Shown here: positions 49,211-62,300 of the stretch, one piece after another
How positions within the stretch are numbered: the stretch's first letter is position 1
Layout: the number at the start of each line of letters is the position of its first letter
NCBI GenBank assembly: GCA_037447605.1
Contig: CM074808.1
Span: 1,550,001 to 1,614,000, forward strand
Length of the DNA stretch: 64,000 bases
DNA from: Zygnema circumcarinatum SAG 698-1b
Taxonomy: Eukaryota; Plantae; Zygnematophyceae
Direction of reading: 5' to 3'
Position numbers and translations under genes: made by a program
The notes under the pieces: generated by a model
What the model saw: the letters and a program-made list of their open reading frames with translations, nothing else
Database searches by the model: none
Told to the model about the DNA's origin: nothing

Positions 49211-49914
49211 ACTGACTAGGCTTCTACACTATCTGGGAATGGCATGAATAGTGGCTCCATTACTTTGTGGTGTGCATTCGCATTCAGTGTGGTCCACACT
49301 ATTAGGGGTAAGCCAGATTAAACGCAGAGGAGTCCGTAATTTCAGTGGCCCACTCTTAAGTACTGCGTGCTCGCTGGTACGTGAAAAGAGAAGAAAGGAC
49401 GAAAAGTAAAAAGAAAATAGTTACAGAGAGCAGCAGCAGGATGCATGCATGCGATTGGCTGCTGGCCTGCAGGAGGTGGTGGGGAGTGGGTGTTACGGAG
49501 TTTGCATGGAACGGGGTCGACTGTAAGGGTGGCCTATGTCCCTTTCGTGTCCAACGAAGCTCGAAAGAAGCCCAAAAAGTAGGTAGAACTATATAGACGT
49601 ACATATTTGAATCGACAGCTAACTGAACTTTTTTTTTATCTTGTTCCTCTTTTCTTTTTCATAAGTGGGTTTTGACGTGTTCATATCTGAGATATATTCT
49701 TAGTTATTTCATACCGAAATTATGTAGATTGCGAGATCTGTCAGTCCATATGCGCATAAGACCCATGTGTTCGTGTCGGCGTAGGTTTGAAGGCATTGTG
49801 CAGGAATGTTCATGTCAAGTGTTCACGGCGGGATACTTGCGCGTAATACATGGATCGTCGCCCTTCTTAGAAATGTCTTTCAGCATTGTAAGACATTATA
49901 AACCACAACATCCC

Positions 49915-50155
49915 TATTCCCTATTCCATGTTCCCTGTTCCGTGTTCCGTGTCCGTGTCCATGTTCCCTGTTCCCATTTTCCTGTGTTCCATGCTCCATG
50001 TTACGTGCTCTCTGTTCCCTGTTTAGTGTTCCATGTTCTCGGTTCCGTGTTCCATGTTCTATGTTCCGTGTTCCGTGCTCTGTTCCCTATAAATTCCAAT
50101 CCATGTTTTCTGTTTCCTGTTCTCTGTTCCAGGTTCGATGTTCCATGTTCTGTGT
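49915..50155. repeat. Degenerate TGTTCC(A/G)-type tandem repeat
   Basis: Many tgttcca/tgttccg/tgttccc units in tandem. Confidence 0.8.
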
Positions 50156-50635
50156 TCGCCTTCAAGTGCGTCCCCGCCAATCAGGCGGTGGTGTCGTCGT
50201 GTGGGTGTCATATCAATGTCGTATCGGCAGAGGCCGGCGAGACGTGCTTCAGACGTCGAGTTCCAATTTCCAATGCGAGCATCATCGTACGGTCACCGGC
50301 GAGGCTCATTCCGTCAAACTCAGCCGGCGGGAAGTATCGCCTGCGTCAGCGATCTGCTCGATACGAGACCACAAACGACAGTTTTCCGCCAAATCGACTG
50401 TTGCAGGACGAGATCTGTACGAATCTGTGGGGCGATTGATTCGCCACCTGTCGTTTTTGAAGGATTCAATTGCGTTGACTTCTAGGCCTGGCAGACTGCG
50501 GGTCAGTTTTTGAAGTCTCCAGAAGTACTGACGACAGAACTCCCGTCCTTTTACTGTAATACCAAAACGAGTACCGTAATGTGACGACGTGTCCGTCCAG
50601 ACGCAAAAGAGAACGGTACAGTACTGTACTCGTTA

Positions 50636-52213
50636 CAGTGGGGGATCCTCATATTTTCCACCCTGTACAGTGCGCTCCCAAGAAATTCGCCCCGATTTTG
50701 CCGAAACCACCTTTTTGTACGGTAACTCAATGCTAGCCGTACAAACCGTACTATTCGTAATGTTCGTACTATTCGTACGTTATTAGCCGTACTATTCGTA
50801 CTATCCGCAGGCCTCTTCAAATACAGTAGGGGGTCCTCATATTTTCCACCCTGGTTCCGGGCAAAATGAGGCGAAAATATTAAATTTGCATATATAAGGT
50901 TCGTGTTACGAATAGACGGGCGGTATTATGTTAGAGTTCATGTTGGACCGTACGTATCGTACCGTACCATATCGTACCGTATCGTACTGTATCATTTAGC
51001 ATCGTATCGTATCGTGACATATNNNNNNNNNNGCGGTATCATTTTCCTTGGTTAGCAAAAATAAAATCAGCCGACGGAAGAAGGTGGGTATCGATTCCAA
51101 AAAGGTGTGAAAAAAGCATTTTCCTTTTTTAATCCCTTTTGAAATCTGCCCGGCCGGGAAGGGGTGTTTGGATCCAAAAAAGGGGTGGAAATATCACTAC
51201 CCTTTGTAAACACACGTAAATATGGACTGTACGGACGAAACCGTGCACGTACGGACGAGAATTTTGTGGAGACCTTGCTTCATCATTTCCCAACACTGCT
51301 ATCGTCGAGTCTGATTTTTCAGTAATTGGATGGGAGAAAGACGAGTTTCGAAAGAGGTTGACAGACTTTTCATTGGAAGGCATTCTTCACTGCAAACAGT
51401 TTGATAGTTTGACCGCTCTTCGAGGGTCTCTTTGAGTAGTTTGCATCACTTCTATAGCTGTCTTGATCAGCCTAAAACTCCTAAGGGAGTGAGACCATTT
51501 TTCATTTCATTTCTAATTTTAGTTCCTATTTCAGTTTTTCTTTTGTGACTACACCTAGAATTTCAAAGGTTATGATTTGGAATAGAGTTTTTGTGAGGAA
51601 ATTTCAAGACTTGATGGATTCTAAAGTGATACTTGGAGTAATTAATGATGGATGGAAAAGGAAATAGAGAGCTTAGGATTGGATCTACAAAGTTTCAGTG
51701 CAATTGGGTTTTTGAATAAGCAACTATATGTTGTGATTGCCAAATGCACAGTTATTCTAATTGATTGGTAAAATTTACCAATCTATAAGAGTCGAAGAGG
51801 TTGCACCAGTTTCTAAAGCCGTGTTGTTATACCAACAAGTAAAGTTCATATACATCATTGCTATCGTGGTTGCAAATGCAATTCATTTCCTTTTTGTTTT
51901 TAACCAAAAAAATGCTTTTTTGGGGCTTGTGTGGTATTTAAGTTGAAATCACGTAAACTAATCTCAAAATCTTACATAAATAAGCTATTTACGATATTTA
52001 GGGGATCTCCCCTATTTGAAGAGGCCTGACTATCCGTGTTATTCGTACTATCCGTACTTGTTGTACTAGCCGTTACGGGCTTAAGTAAAACTCATCGAAT
52101 CTTCCCGCACGTGCCGCCGTAAGAGGCGCTCGCTCTTGTCCCCTATTTGCAAAATCAATATTTTCGCCCTTTTTTGGCCAATACCATGGCGAAAATATGA
52201 GGACCCTCCACTG
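50636..52213. mobile_element. Second, inverted copy of the TA-TSD MITE, containing a nested third copy (from 50824) and a gap
   Basis: TA|CAGTGGGGGATCCTC at 50636 and GAGGACCCTCCACTG|TA ending 52213. 50660-50760 and 52030-52140 are reverse-complement homologues of 48600-48800. 50824-51022 repeats 48247-48450. A further right-end remnant lies at ~42200-42266. Confidence 0.7.
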
Positions 52214-52435
52214 TATAGAGCACCCTCTGTACTACTGACGAATAATCAGCCGTTCAAAATTTGTCAAGTCTGGCATTTGCCTCTATTTAGGGGAGTCAGA
52301 CCTTGACCATCGATTACGAAATTCCCGAATTTCGTGTACGAATTCCGGATCGGAATCCGCGGCTCCACCGTACACAGCCGTACTGAAATGCGGACCTAGC
52401 CAATCCTTAAATCGTCGACAGGCTTACGAAATTGA

Positions 52436-54594
52436 TTTGGCGATGGTCAAGGTCTGACTCCCCCTTTTTGGCGATGGTCAAGGTCTGACTCCCCCTTTTT
52501 GGCGATGGTCAAGGTCTGACTCCCCCTTTTTGGCGATGGTCAAGGTCTGACTCCCCCTTTTTGGCGATGGTCAAGGTCTGACTCCCCCTTTTTGGCGATG
52601 GTCAAGGTCTGACTCCCCCTTTTTGGCGATGGTCAAGGTCTGACTCCCCCTTTTTGTCGATGGTCAAGGTCTGACTCCCCTTTTTGGCGATGGTCAAGTC
52701 TGACTCCCCCTGACTCCCCCTTTTTGGCGATGGTCAAGGTCTGACTCCCCCTTTTTGGCGATGGTCAAGGTCTGACTCCCCCTTTTTGGCGATGGTCAAG
52801 GTCTGACTTCCAAGGTCTGACTTCCCTTTTTTGGCGATGGTCAAGGTCTGACTCCCCCTTTTGGCGATGGTCAAGGTTTGACTCCCCTTTTTGGCGATGG
52901 TCAAGGTCTCACTCCCCTTTTTGGCGATGGTCAAGGTTTGACTCCCCTTTTTGGCGATGGTCAAGGTCCGACTTCCCTTTTTGGCGATGGTCAAGGTCCG
53001 ACTTCCCTTTTTGGCGATGGTCAGGTCGACTCCCCTTTTTGGCGATGGTCAAGGTCTGACTCCCCTTTTTGGCGATGGTCAAGGTTTGACTCCCCTTTTT
53101 GGCGATGGTCAAGGTCGACTCCCCTTTTTGGCGATGGTCAGGTCGACTCCCCTTTTTGGCGATGGTCAGGTCGACTCCCCTTTTTGGCGATGGTCAAGGT
53201 CTGACTCCCCCTTTTTGGCGATGGTCAAGGTCTGACTCCCCCTTTTTGGCGATGGTCAAGGTCTGACTCCCCCTTTTTGGCGATGGTCAAGGTCTGACTC
53301 CCCCTTTTTGGCGATGGTCAAGGTCTGACTCCCCCTTTTTGGCGATGGTGGTCACTCCCCTTTTTGGCGATGGTCTAGGTCTGACTCCCCCTTTTTGGCG
53401 ATGGTCAAGGTCTGACTTCCCTTTTTTGGCGATGGTCAAGGTCTGACTCCCCTTTTTGGCGATGGTCAAGGTCTGACTCCCCTTTTTTGGCGATGGTGGT
53501 CAAGGTCTGACTCCCCCTTTTTGGCGATGGTCAAGGTCTGACTCCCCTTTTTTGGCGATGGTCAAGGTCTGACTTCCCCTTTTTGGCGATGGTCAAGGTC
53601 TGACTCCCCCCTTTTTGGCGATGGTCAAGGTCTGACTCCCCCTTTTTGGCGATGGTCAAGGTCTGACTCCCCTTTTTTGGCGATGGTCAAGGTCTGACTC
53701 CCCTTTTTTGGCGATGGTCTAGGTCTGACTCCCCTTTTTTGGCGAGGGTCAAGGTCTGCCTCCCCTTTTTGGGGGAGGGCCAAGGCCTGCCTCCCCTTTT
53801 TGGCGATGGTCAAGGTCTGACTCTGGCGACTCCCCCTTTTTGGCGATGGTCAAGGTCTGACTCCCCCTTTTTGGCGATGGTCAAGGTCTGACTCCCACAA
53901 GGTCTGACTTCCCCTTTTTGGCGATGGTCAAGGTCTGACTCCCCCTTTTTGGCGATGGTCAAGGTCTGACTCCCCCTTTTTGGCGATGGTCAAGGTCTGA
54001 CTCCCCCTTTTTGGCGATGGTCAGGTCGACTCCCCTTTTTGGCGATGGTCAAGGTCTCACTCCCCTTTTTGGCGATGGTCAAGGTCTCACTCCCCTTTTT
54101 GGCGATGGTCAAGGTCTGACTCCCCTTTTTGGCGATGGTCAAGGTTTGTCTCCCCCTTTTTGCCGATGGTCAAGGTCTGCCTCCCCCTTTTTGGCGATGG
54201 TCAAGGTCTGACTCCCCCTTTTTGGCGATGGTCAAGGTCTGACTCCCCTTTTTTGGCGATGGTCAAGGTCTGACTTCCCCTTTTTGGCGATGGTCAAGGT
54301 CTGACTCCCCCTTTTTGCCGATGGTCAAAAGGTCTTACTCCCCTTTTTGGCGATGGTCAAGGTTTGACTCCCCTTTTTTGGCGATGGTCAAGGTTTAACT
54401 CCCCCTTTTGGCGATGGTCAAGGTTTGACTCCCCTTTTTTGGCGATGGTCAGGTCGACTCCCCTTTTTGGCGATGGTCAAGGTCTGACTTCCCTTTTTGG
54501 CGATGGTCAAGGTCGACTCCCCTTTTTGGCGATGGTCAAGGTCGACTCCCCTTTTTGGCGATGGTCAAGGTCTGACTTCCCTTTTTGGCGATGG
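52436..54594. repeat. Tandem satellite, ~30-31-bp unit GGCGATGGTCAAGGTCTGACTCCCCCTTTTT, roughly 70 copies
   Basis: Head-to-tail units that vary mainly in C/T homopolymer length. No unique spacers. Confidence 0.97.
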
Positions 54595-54919
54595 AGGTAC
54601 GTGAGAATCGCATTGATACGGCGTTTAGAGTCCAAACTCACGAAGTCGCCGGTGGTCGGTAGCATATGCCGTGCGTATTAATAAAGATGCATTCTTCGTC
54701 TGATTCGTATTTACCACCCTCACGTGGTGCTCCACGCTCTTTATACGGCGTTCTTTGCATCAGTCTTGCCGTCTGACCGCCGCCTCTACCCTCCAGCAGC
54801 TGGTGCCGCAGCGGCACAGAGACGGCTATCACCATCGACTGATGGCGATCATGCGTGCACAACCTTTCGCAGACGTGGCGTGAATGGTAGTCTCTAACAC
54901 TCGGGGTGGAGTAGCGCTG

Positions 54920-55140
54920 CCGCCGGCCTCCCTCTCCTGCTCTCCCTCTCCCTCCCTCCCTCTCTCCCTTTCCTTCTCCCTCTCTCGCGCTCTCCCTCTC
55001 TCTCCCTTTCTCCCTCTCCCTCCCTCTCGCACTCTCCCTCTCCCTCTCCCTCTCCCTCTCCCTCGCCCCTTTCCCCTCCCTCGCCCTCTCCCTCTCTCCT
55101 TCCCTCTCCCTCTCTTTCTCTTGCTCTCTCCCTCTCCCGC
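54920..55140. repeat. CT-rich low-complexity tract (CTCTCC)n
   Basis: Pyrimidine-only hexamer-like repeats. Confidence 0.85.
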
Positions 55141-56114
55141 CTTCTCACGAAGGATCGCGGGCGGAGTGGTTCCATCTTGTTGCTGAGAGTCGTGGCCTTG
55201 CGCCTCAGCCAGGTACGCTTCTTCTTGGCGTATCGCTAAGTCGAGCAGTCGTAGGGGCTGCAGACTATACTGGCTCCGCCCGGAGGAGTACTGCTTTATG
55301 CATGGCGAGCCAAAGCTGGCCATAGGCTGCTTGGCCCTTTAGCGGGAAGCCAGACATCAATTTTTGACTTGGCGAGCGTCGATGAAGCAGTGAGTGAGAT
55401 GCTGATTTCTTTGTTGATGGTGGAACCTCAATGCTTGCTGGTCTCTTTCAATTTTCAAGAGATTTGAAGGGACTTTCTGATGTTATTACTTAAGCTGCGA
55501 TCATTCTCACTAACCTCTATTCCTGCCATGCTTTGCTGATTGCTTCAACTCAGTTCTTACATGCACACACGAAGAAATATTACTGAAAACAAATCAAACA
55601 AGAAACACCGAAATTGAGAATTCAAGGAGAAAGCTCACCGACTCCAAAACTCACTGTAAAGGATTACGGAAGTAACAAGCGGTGTTTGAGCCCTCAGGCT
55701 ACTACTCGTCTTTCGACTTACACTTAGACACCCCGCCTACTGCTACGCCGGCTAGGCACCCACATATGACACCATTTATCTTTGCCGGATGTATCAAGAT
55801 TTTTTTAACTACCCACTATAGTAAATCTGCCAAATACTGGCTGCACAACTCCACGTTCTCCCCATTGCGTACTTCGCGCCACAGCGTTGCCGCACTCCAC
55901 CCAGCGCCGGCTCCTCCGCGGTACCCGGCGATGCTCCACGCTCCCGCGCTCCGCGCTTCCGCCCCATCCGGTAGCTGGAACTCTCACTTAGGGGGCACGC
56001 GCGGCGCGGGGAGGAGTGTCGCGTGCGACACCTTCGCGGGCGTCAGCCGCCCACGAAGCACCGTATCCGCGGCGAGCACGCAAAGGCCACATCCGAATGT
56101 CCACGTGTCGCATG

Positions 56115-58966
56115 TCGTATGCGGTCTTACGCCAAAGCGATAAGCAGCATGTATGGCAGTGGCTATTGCTGCGTGCCCGCGTGTCAACCTGGAATTCATG
56201 GGTTTAGGACCATCCAGGCGGGACCTGGCCTTGTTCACATTACAACTAGATCACCTAAGGACGACCGCGACACTCGCGAGGATCGTGCGGTTATTGCTTC
56301 TGAAGCGGAGTCCACTATGGTACCTGCGAATTTCCCCCCTCTACGATCTTTAGTGGTAAGGTCCGACGCGATTGGGATACTATTGCGCCCTGCGAATCTC
56401 ACAAATTGTACCTTTGTCATCATGTCCATTGCACGATCTTTCGTCCCCTACAAAATCCGGCGTACAAGTCCATCTGCCGAGCCTGTACATGGTACATAAT
56501 GATCTCGTAGTCGAATGTGCTTAGATCTTTTGTGAAAAACTGGATTCTGGACCAACGCAATCGATGATTGGTTGTCGGTAAGAATCTTTACCGGGATCTG
56601 GGGTCGCTGGCACTCAGCGAAGAAGTTCTGGAGCCAGATAGCCTCCTTGCACGCGTGACAGGCAGCTATGTACTCGGCCTCCGTACTAGACAGCGCCACC
56701 GTTGCCTGCAAACTGGAACTCCAAGTAACCGCTCCTCTTGCATTGATGAAATATCCGGAGTAATGGAAGCCGATGTCGATGTAAGCCACCCCGATCAGTC
56801 GGTATAGCGTACTTTCGCGTCTCTCAACCCCCTTTGGTAAATTAATGCCGAACCCGTTGTTCCTTCACATAGCGGAAAATCCGTTTTCACGGCTTCCCGA
56901 TAGGCGTGCGCAGTTGCATGTGCACAGGCTATGCTTATTTTGCTTTGGCAGTGCGGTCGAGTTCAACACGAAGGTACATCAAGGCACTTTGCTCTGGCGG
57001 CACATGCGGAACTTGGTCATCGCCCCAGCTTCTCTTTGCCTCGCGATGCGAGGTGACATGTCATGGGAAAGATGTACGGATGGGTCCATGGGACTGGTAA
57101 CCGGGTGACAGTCCTGCATGTTGAATTTAAGAAGCACGTCCTTGGCATATTTTTCCTGGCAAAGAAACAAATTGCCTTCATGCCCCTCTTCAACTGAATA
57201 CCCAGTAAGTACTCTGCCTCTCCCAAGTCACTCATCTGAAAGTTAGTTTTCAACAGTTCCTTGAGGTTCTGAATACTCCTCAAAGAAGGACTGACGAATG
57301 ATAAGGTCGTCGACATAAATCCCTATATACATAAGTTCGGCTCCTTCACCTTTCCTGTAAACCGAGGCGTCAGTTTCAAACCGAGTGAAGCCATTCTCTG
57401 TTAGGAGGGTGTCGATCTTGTCATACCAAATTCGGGGAGCCTGCTTCAATCCATACAAACTTTTCACAAGTTTGCAGACTAAATGCTCTTGGCCCTTCTT
57501 ACAGTTCCTTCCGGCTGGTCCATGAAAATGTCCTCGTCCAATTCACCATATAAGAAGGCTGTCTTTATATCCAACTGATGCACATGCATTTTCTCAGCTG
57601 CTGCAATGGAAATGAGGGATCTGAGGGAGCTGAATTTCACTACCGGGGCAAAGGTTTCAGTGTAGTCTAGCCCATACTGCTAGCTAAATCCCTTTGCTAC
57701 CAACCTCGCCTTGTATCTATCTATACTCCCATCTGATTTCCTCTTTACCTTAAATATCCATTTGCATCCTATCGCCTTTCTCCCCTTTGGCAGCTCCTCT
57801 AACCGCCAAGTCTGGTTTTCCTCAAGACTACCTAACTCACTTTTAATGGCTACTTCCCATTTCTCAGCATCTACCCCCTCTAAAGCTTCTGAGAGGGTTT
57901 GAGGTTCACCGATGTTGGCCATCAAAACTTGAGCGATGCCGGCAAAGTCGGCCGAGTCATTTGGCGTCCTCATCCATCCGCTTGCTCCATTCACCTCCCA
58001 TTCTTCANNNNNNNNNNACCTCTCTATTCGCCTGGTCTGCGGATTCCACACTCTGTACGTCGGGCTGTTCTCGTTGTACCCCAACAGGTAACCCGGAGTC
58101 GTCCTCCTCTCGAATTTCGATTTTCGATTGTGCTTCAAAACTGTCATGTAGCAGCGTGATCCCCACACTTTGAAGTACGCCACAGAGGGCTTCTTCCCGC
58201 TCCAAGCCTCTTCAGGCACCTTCTCCCTGAGAGCAGTCGTCGAACAACGATTCCTTATATATGCGGCAGCCACTACTGCCTCTCCCCAGAAAGAAAGTGG
58301 GAAAGGAGACTCACTTAGCATGGACCTTGCCATGTCCCCAAGGGTGCGATTTACCCGCTCAGCCGCTCCATTGCTTTGGGGAGAGTACGGGGCAGAAAAC
58401 TGGTGCCGAATCCCATTCTCCTCGAAGTGTGACTTGAACGCGCTTGAGATGTATTCCCCGCCGTTGTCAGATCGCAAAGTCTTCAACTTCAAGCCGGTTT
58501 CTCGCTCCACCTCTGCTTGCCAAGTCTTGAAAACATCAAACGTTTCAGCTTTGCTGTCAAGAACTCTCACCCAAAGTTTCCTGGAGCAGTCATCTAGGAA
58601 GGTAATAAAATACTTCGCCCCTCCTCTGCTGGTGGGAGTGATAGGTCCACACAAATCGGTGTGAACCAGCTCCAGCTGCTCCTTGGCACGGCTCTCCTCT
58701 GAACTTCGATGGCTGAAAGGCAATCGATGGGCCTTTCTAGCAAGACAGTCTGCACACACGCCTGCCTCTGCTCCCTCCATCTGAATTCCGATGCCTCTCA
58801 CAAGGCGTTTGTCAACCAACTTCTTCAGGCTTTGGTAGCCTAGGTGTCCCATTCGGCGATGCCACAGTTTTGCCGAGGGGTTTTCTGAAACGGTGTTCAC
58901 TTGGTGTGTGAGCACTCCTCCTCCTTTCAAGAGATGAGTCCGTTTCTTTACATTGCCCCTTAACAC
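56115..58966 (-). mobile_element. Decayed Ty1/copia retrotransposon (GAG-pre-integrase, integrase, RT, partial RNase H, LTR-like end)
   Basis: LWHRRMGHL, LELVHTDLCGP, LRSDNGGEY, YKARLVAKGFS followed by a premature TAG at 57680. Frameshifted RT (KSLYGLKQAPRIW, IYVDDL) and STEAEY...ILTDNQSSI...HKRSKHI. 56140-56290 is homologous to 63805-63960. Confidence 0.93.
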
Positions 58967-59392
58967 AACCTTCGGTTAGTTTTTAGACAACTTTGCACTC
59001 CTCTCTAGTCAAGCCCATACATAGCCCTTTTTCCTAAGCGGCTCCCTTTGAAATAAAATTCACGAAGGCGGGGGTAGGAAGAAACGTTTCCCGTTATTTG
59101 TTTTTCCCTTCTCCCCTCCATGTGCTTGGTGAAGTCGACTCCTTCGGCCTCTGGCGGAATCACACACACCGGCACTTTTCGGAGGTTCGGGAGAGCGAGA
59201 GGAGAGAGCTTGAGAGGGTAAGCGCGGCCACGAAGGCGAGGGGTGCGGCCAGAATGCCGATGCGTTGGTTGGGTGACGGCCACGGTCCTGCCTTACTTCG
59301 CTTCCCAGTTGAACCTCTACCGGCATGGAGGATTAGGCGGTACGTCCAATGCTTGACGCGCGTGTCCCTCTCGACTCCGAATGGGTGAGAGG

Positions 59393-62300
59393 TGTACATA
59401 ACCCGTCACCGGGCTGCTGCGCCGCGTCGCGGCCTTGACATGGTAGCGCCCTTGCGTCACACGTCGGTGCACGCGGTCGAGCCTACAGCCCAGCGGCCTT
59501 GGTCAGAAGCCCGGCAGATCCGTCGGTACCAGCGGGTAACGTTATTATGCGGACCCAGCGGAAGAATCCAAAAGGGGATCGGGCAGCGGCCAGATCGATC
59601 GCCAGACGGATTGGTCCGGTGAATGCTTGGATTAGTCAGTGATCCTCTCTCTGAGAGGGAGGGACCGTGGCTTGTGGCGTGGGGCCATAGGGTATGTGGT
59701 GACGGGTGGGCAGTTCTTATGGTTCGAACTTAGGACCTCCGTCGTCCTGTAGGGTATCCGATGCCTTAACCGTTAGGTACTGCATTGGATGGAAACATAA
59801 AGCCACGCCGGGCTCTAAGTAACCCTTCCCCCTTGGGGTGACTGTAGCGTTTCGCTACATTACTCCCCCCCTGTGAGAATGTGAACGCCCTCGTTCACGT
59901 GTGTGGGGTAGTAAAGGCAGCTCGTAGTTTCAACGGCACGCGTCGAACTCTACGTGATAACCGGGAGGGCTCAGCGATAATCCCGGTCAAGTCCTTTCCG
60001 AGCTGCGCGGGGACGACCCGGGAACCCCCCGTGCCGCCCTCGCCCGCTCTCCCGCGGCCTGCGCCTCCCGGTACAAGTTGATGATGAGCTCTGTGATTGG
60101 TTAAAGTTGCCTCATTTCCCACATGTTTATGTTCCAGCCCCATAGCCCAACCATTTCACGAGGTATTCGTGACGGGAAGATCGACCCTTTCTCACAAGAC
60201 GGTGGGCTTGAATGGTTTCAACTTCATACTCAAGTTCACCTTCAAGTTCCACTGGTGGGGGAGGTGGTTGGATCCTCCCATCGCTACGGTAGACCTTTAG
60301 CAAACCCACATGAAAGACCGGATGCACCTTCATGTGGGATGGTAAATCCAACCTGTAAGCGACATCATTGATTCGCTTCCCGACCCTGAAAGGTCCGATG
60401 AAGCGGGGCCACAGCTTACGTGTTCCGCCATAAGCTTTGAGTCTCAAGTTCGCCGTACTTAGCAACACCTCATCGCCTTCGTTGAAGGTGAGTTGGGTAC
60501 GGTGACGGTCAGCATAGGCCTTTTGTCGCGACTGGGCCGCTAGCAGGGTCTGCCGTGCCCTGCGCAGCGCGTCCGGACATTAGCGGACAAAGATCGGCTA
60601 GCGGTTGGAGTCCCATCCAGAGTCCCTCGGCTTCCAGGATGCGGGGTTACGGGCGTCCATGTTCCGCGGATCGGGGGCTACGATCCGCTTGGTTCGCGGG
60701 GATTTAGAGGATGCTTTGGCAAAGGATTCAAGAAGAAGGGGTGGTACCAATGGACTCCTGGAAAGCATTGTGATGGCGTGCCTACGCCCTTTGGGAGGCG
60801 ATTAAGTCCCACCCATCGGGGAGTAGGTCCCATAATGCGAGGTAATCCTCCGGGATCACATTCCTGCCGTTCCTCTGGCCATCCCGGTTTTGCGGCGGGT
60901 GGAAAGCTGTACTCAGCACTTGGTCCCAGGTGCACTTCCGTCCAAAATGGCGGTGAGTGAACGGATGCGATTCGAGACACAATTTTACGACTAAAGACCA
61001 TCTTGGCTCCACACTGTCAACATACAACCCGTGCAATCTCTGCAAATTAGGCCCCAGCCCGGTCTTAGTAGTTGGTGCAAAATGCACCATCTTCTTTGAG
61101 CGATGGAAGCAAAACGAGGATGAGTCATGCCCAGTGTCATAGGAAGATCGTGATCAAGTCATACCCTGCTTGTCATTTCGAAGGAGGTGTAGGGGTGCGA
61201 CTGGCGAGGGGATCCTGCCGGTCGCGGGGGTTTGTTCGTTGACAAGTTGGACAAGCGAGTACATACGCTTTCACGTCCCTCGAGAGTCCAGGCCACCAGA
61301 ACTCTCGGAGCAGTGCCTCACGGGTTTTGGCAACTCCCATGTGACCCCTGTACGGAGGATCATGTAGCTCACTCAGAATGAGCTGCCGTACAGTCCCGGC
61401 CTTGGGCACGACCAACTGCTGGCCGTGGTACCAGAATCCGTCCTTAGACACCACTTTGTCCTTATAGCCATTACCTTGGCCATCCAGGAACAAAGGATCA
61501 CCCGTATACCCTCACGGATCATCATGCGAGGATGGGAGAAGCGAGGAGGGTTGGCCTAGATCGCGGTGGAGGATCTATGACCGGCATACTGGAGGCGGAG
61601 ACCGGGTTGGCGGCCCTACGCCTCATCATCTCGTTCACCAACACTCGGTGGCAGGCGCACCATCGGGCAAGATGCGGCTGCCTGCACCGATTAGATTACC
61701 TTTACATTCAGCCTTCAGGGCGATAGGCCTTGGGATCCAAGCTGCCCCAGGAGGAACTTCGGACCAAGCGTGCACGCACGCCTGGAAGCGAGTGCAGTTG
61801 GGTTGAAGGCGTCGGCCGGTGGTCATTGACCCGGCGTGACGCTTTAGCCTACAAATAGCACGCCATGTCACCGAGCGTGGACCCTTTACTGAGTTCTGTT
61901 CTGTTGCTTGAGAATAGTTGCTTCAGTAGGATTCATTTCACGACTTTCATATGCGGTTGACCAGCTTGAAACAAAGGCGGCACCCAGGCGAATCCCAACA
62001 TCTAAACCACTTTAGGTTTGGGCGGGTCCGCTAAGCGGAGTGGAGTGCGGTAACAAGTGCATGGCGCACACCTTCGAATGCATCCTGGCATTCAGGGGTC
62101 CATGTAAAGGGGACACCGGAACGTGTCAAATTAGTCAAGGGAGTAACCAGTTTACTAAACCCTTGGATGAACTTACGAAAATAATTCGCAAAGCCTAGAA
62201 AAGACCGCAACTGATGCAAGTCAGTCGGTGGCGCCCAAGTTTCTACCGCGGAAACTTTGGCAGGGTCAGGCCGAAGGCCCTGATCATTGAGAATATGCCC

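Noticed and set aside
52436-54594. CRISPR-like array of ~30-bp repeats
   Set aside because: Units are head-to-tail with no unique spacers, there are no cas genes, and the context is eukaryotic. It is a satellite.
52734-54681. ORFs such as MTIAKKGSQTL... and MTPLFGDGQGL...
   Set aside because: These are translations of the satellite unit; frames shift with homopolymer length.
54829-55460. Protein-coding gene on the minus strand next to the satellite
   Set aside because: Most of the ORF is a (GA)-repeat translation (RGRGKG...). The non-repetitive parts are short, stop-interrupted and unrecognisable.
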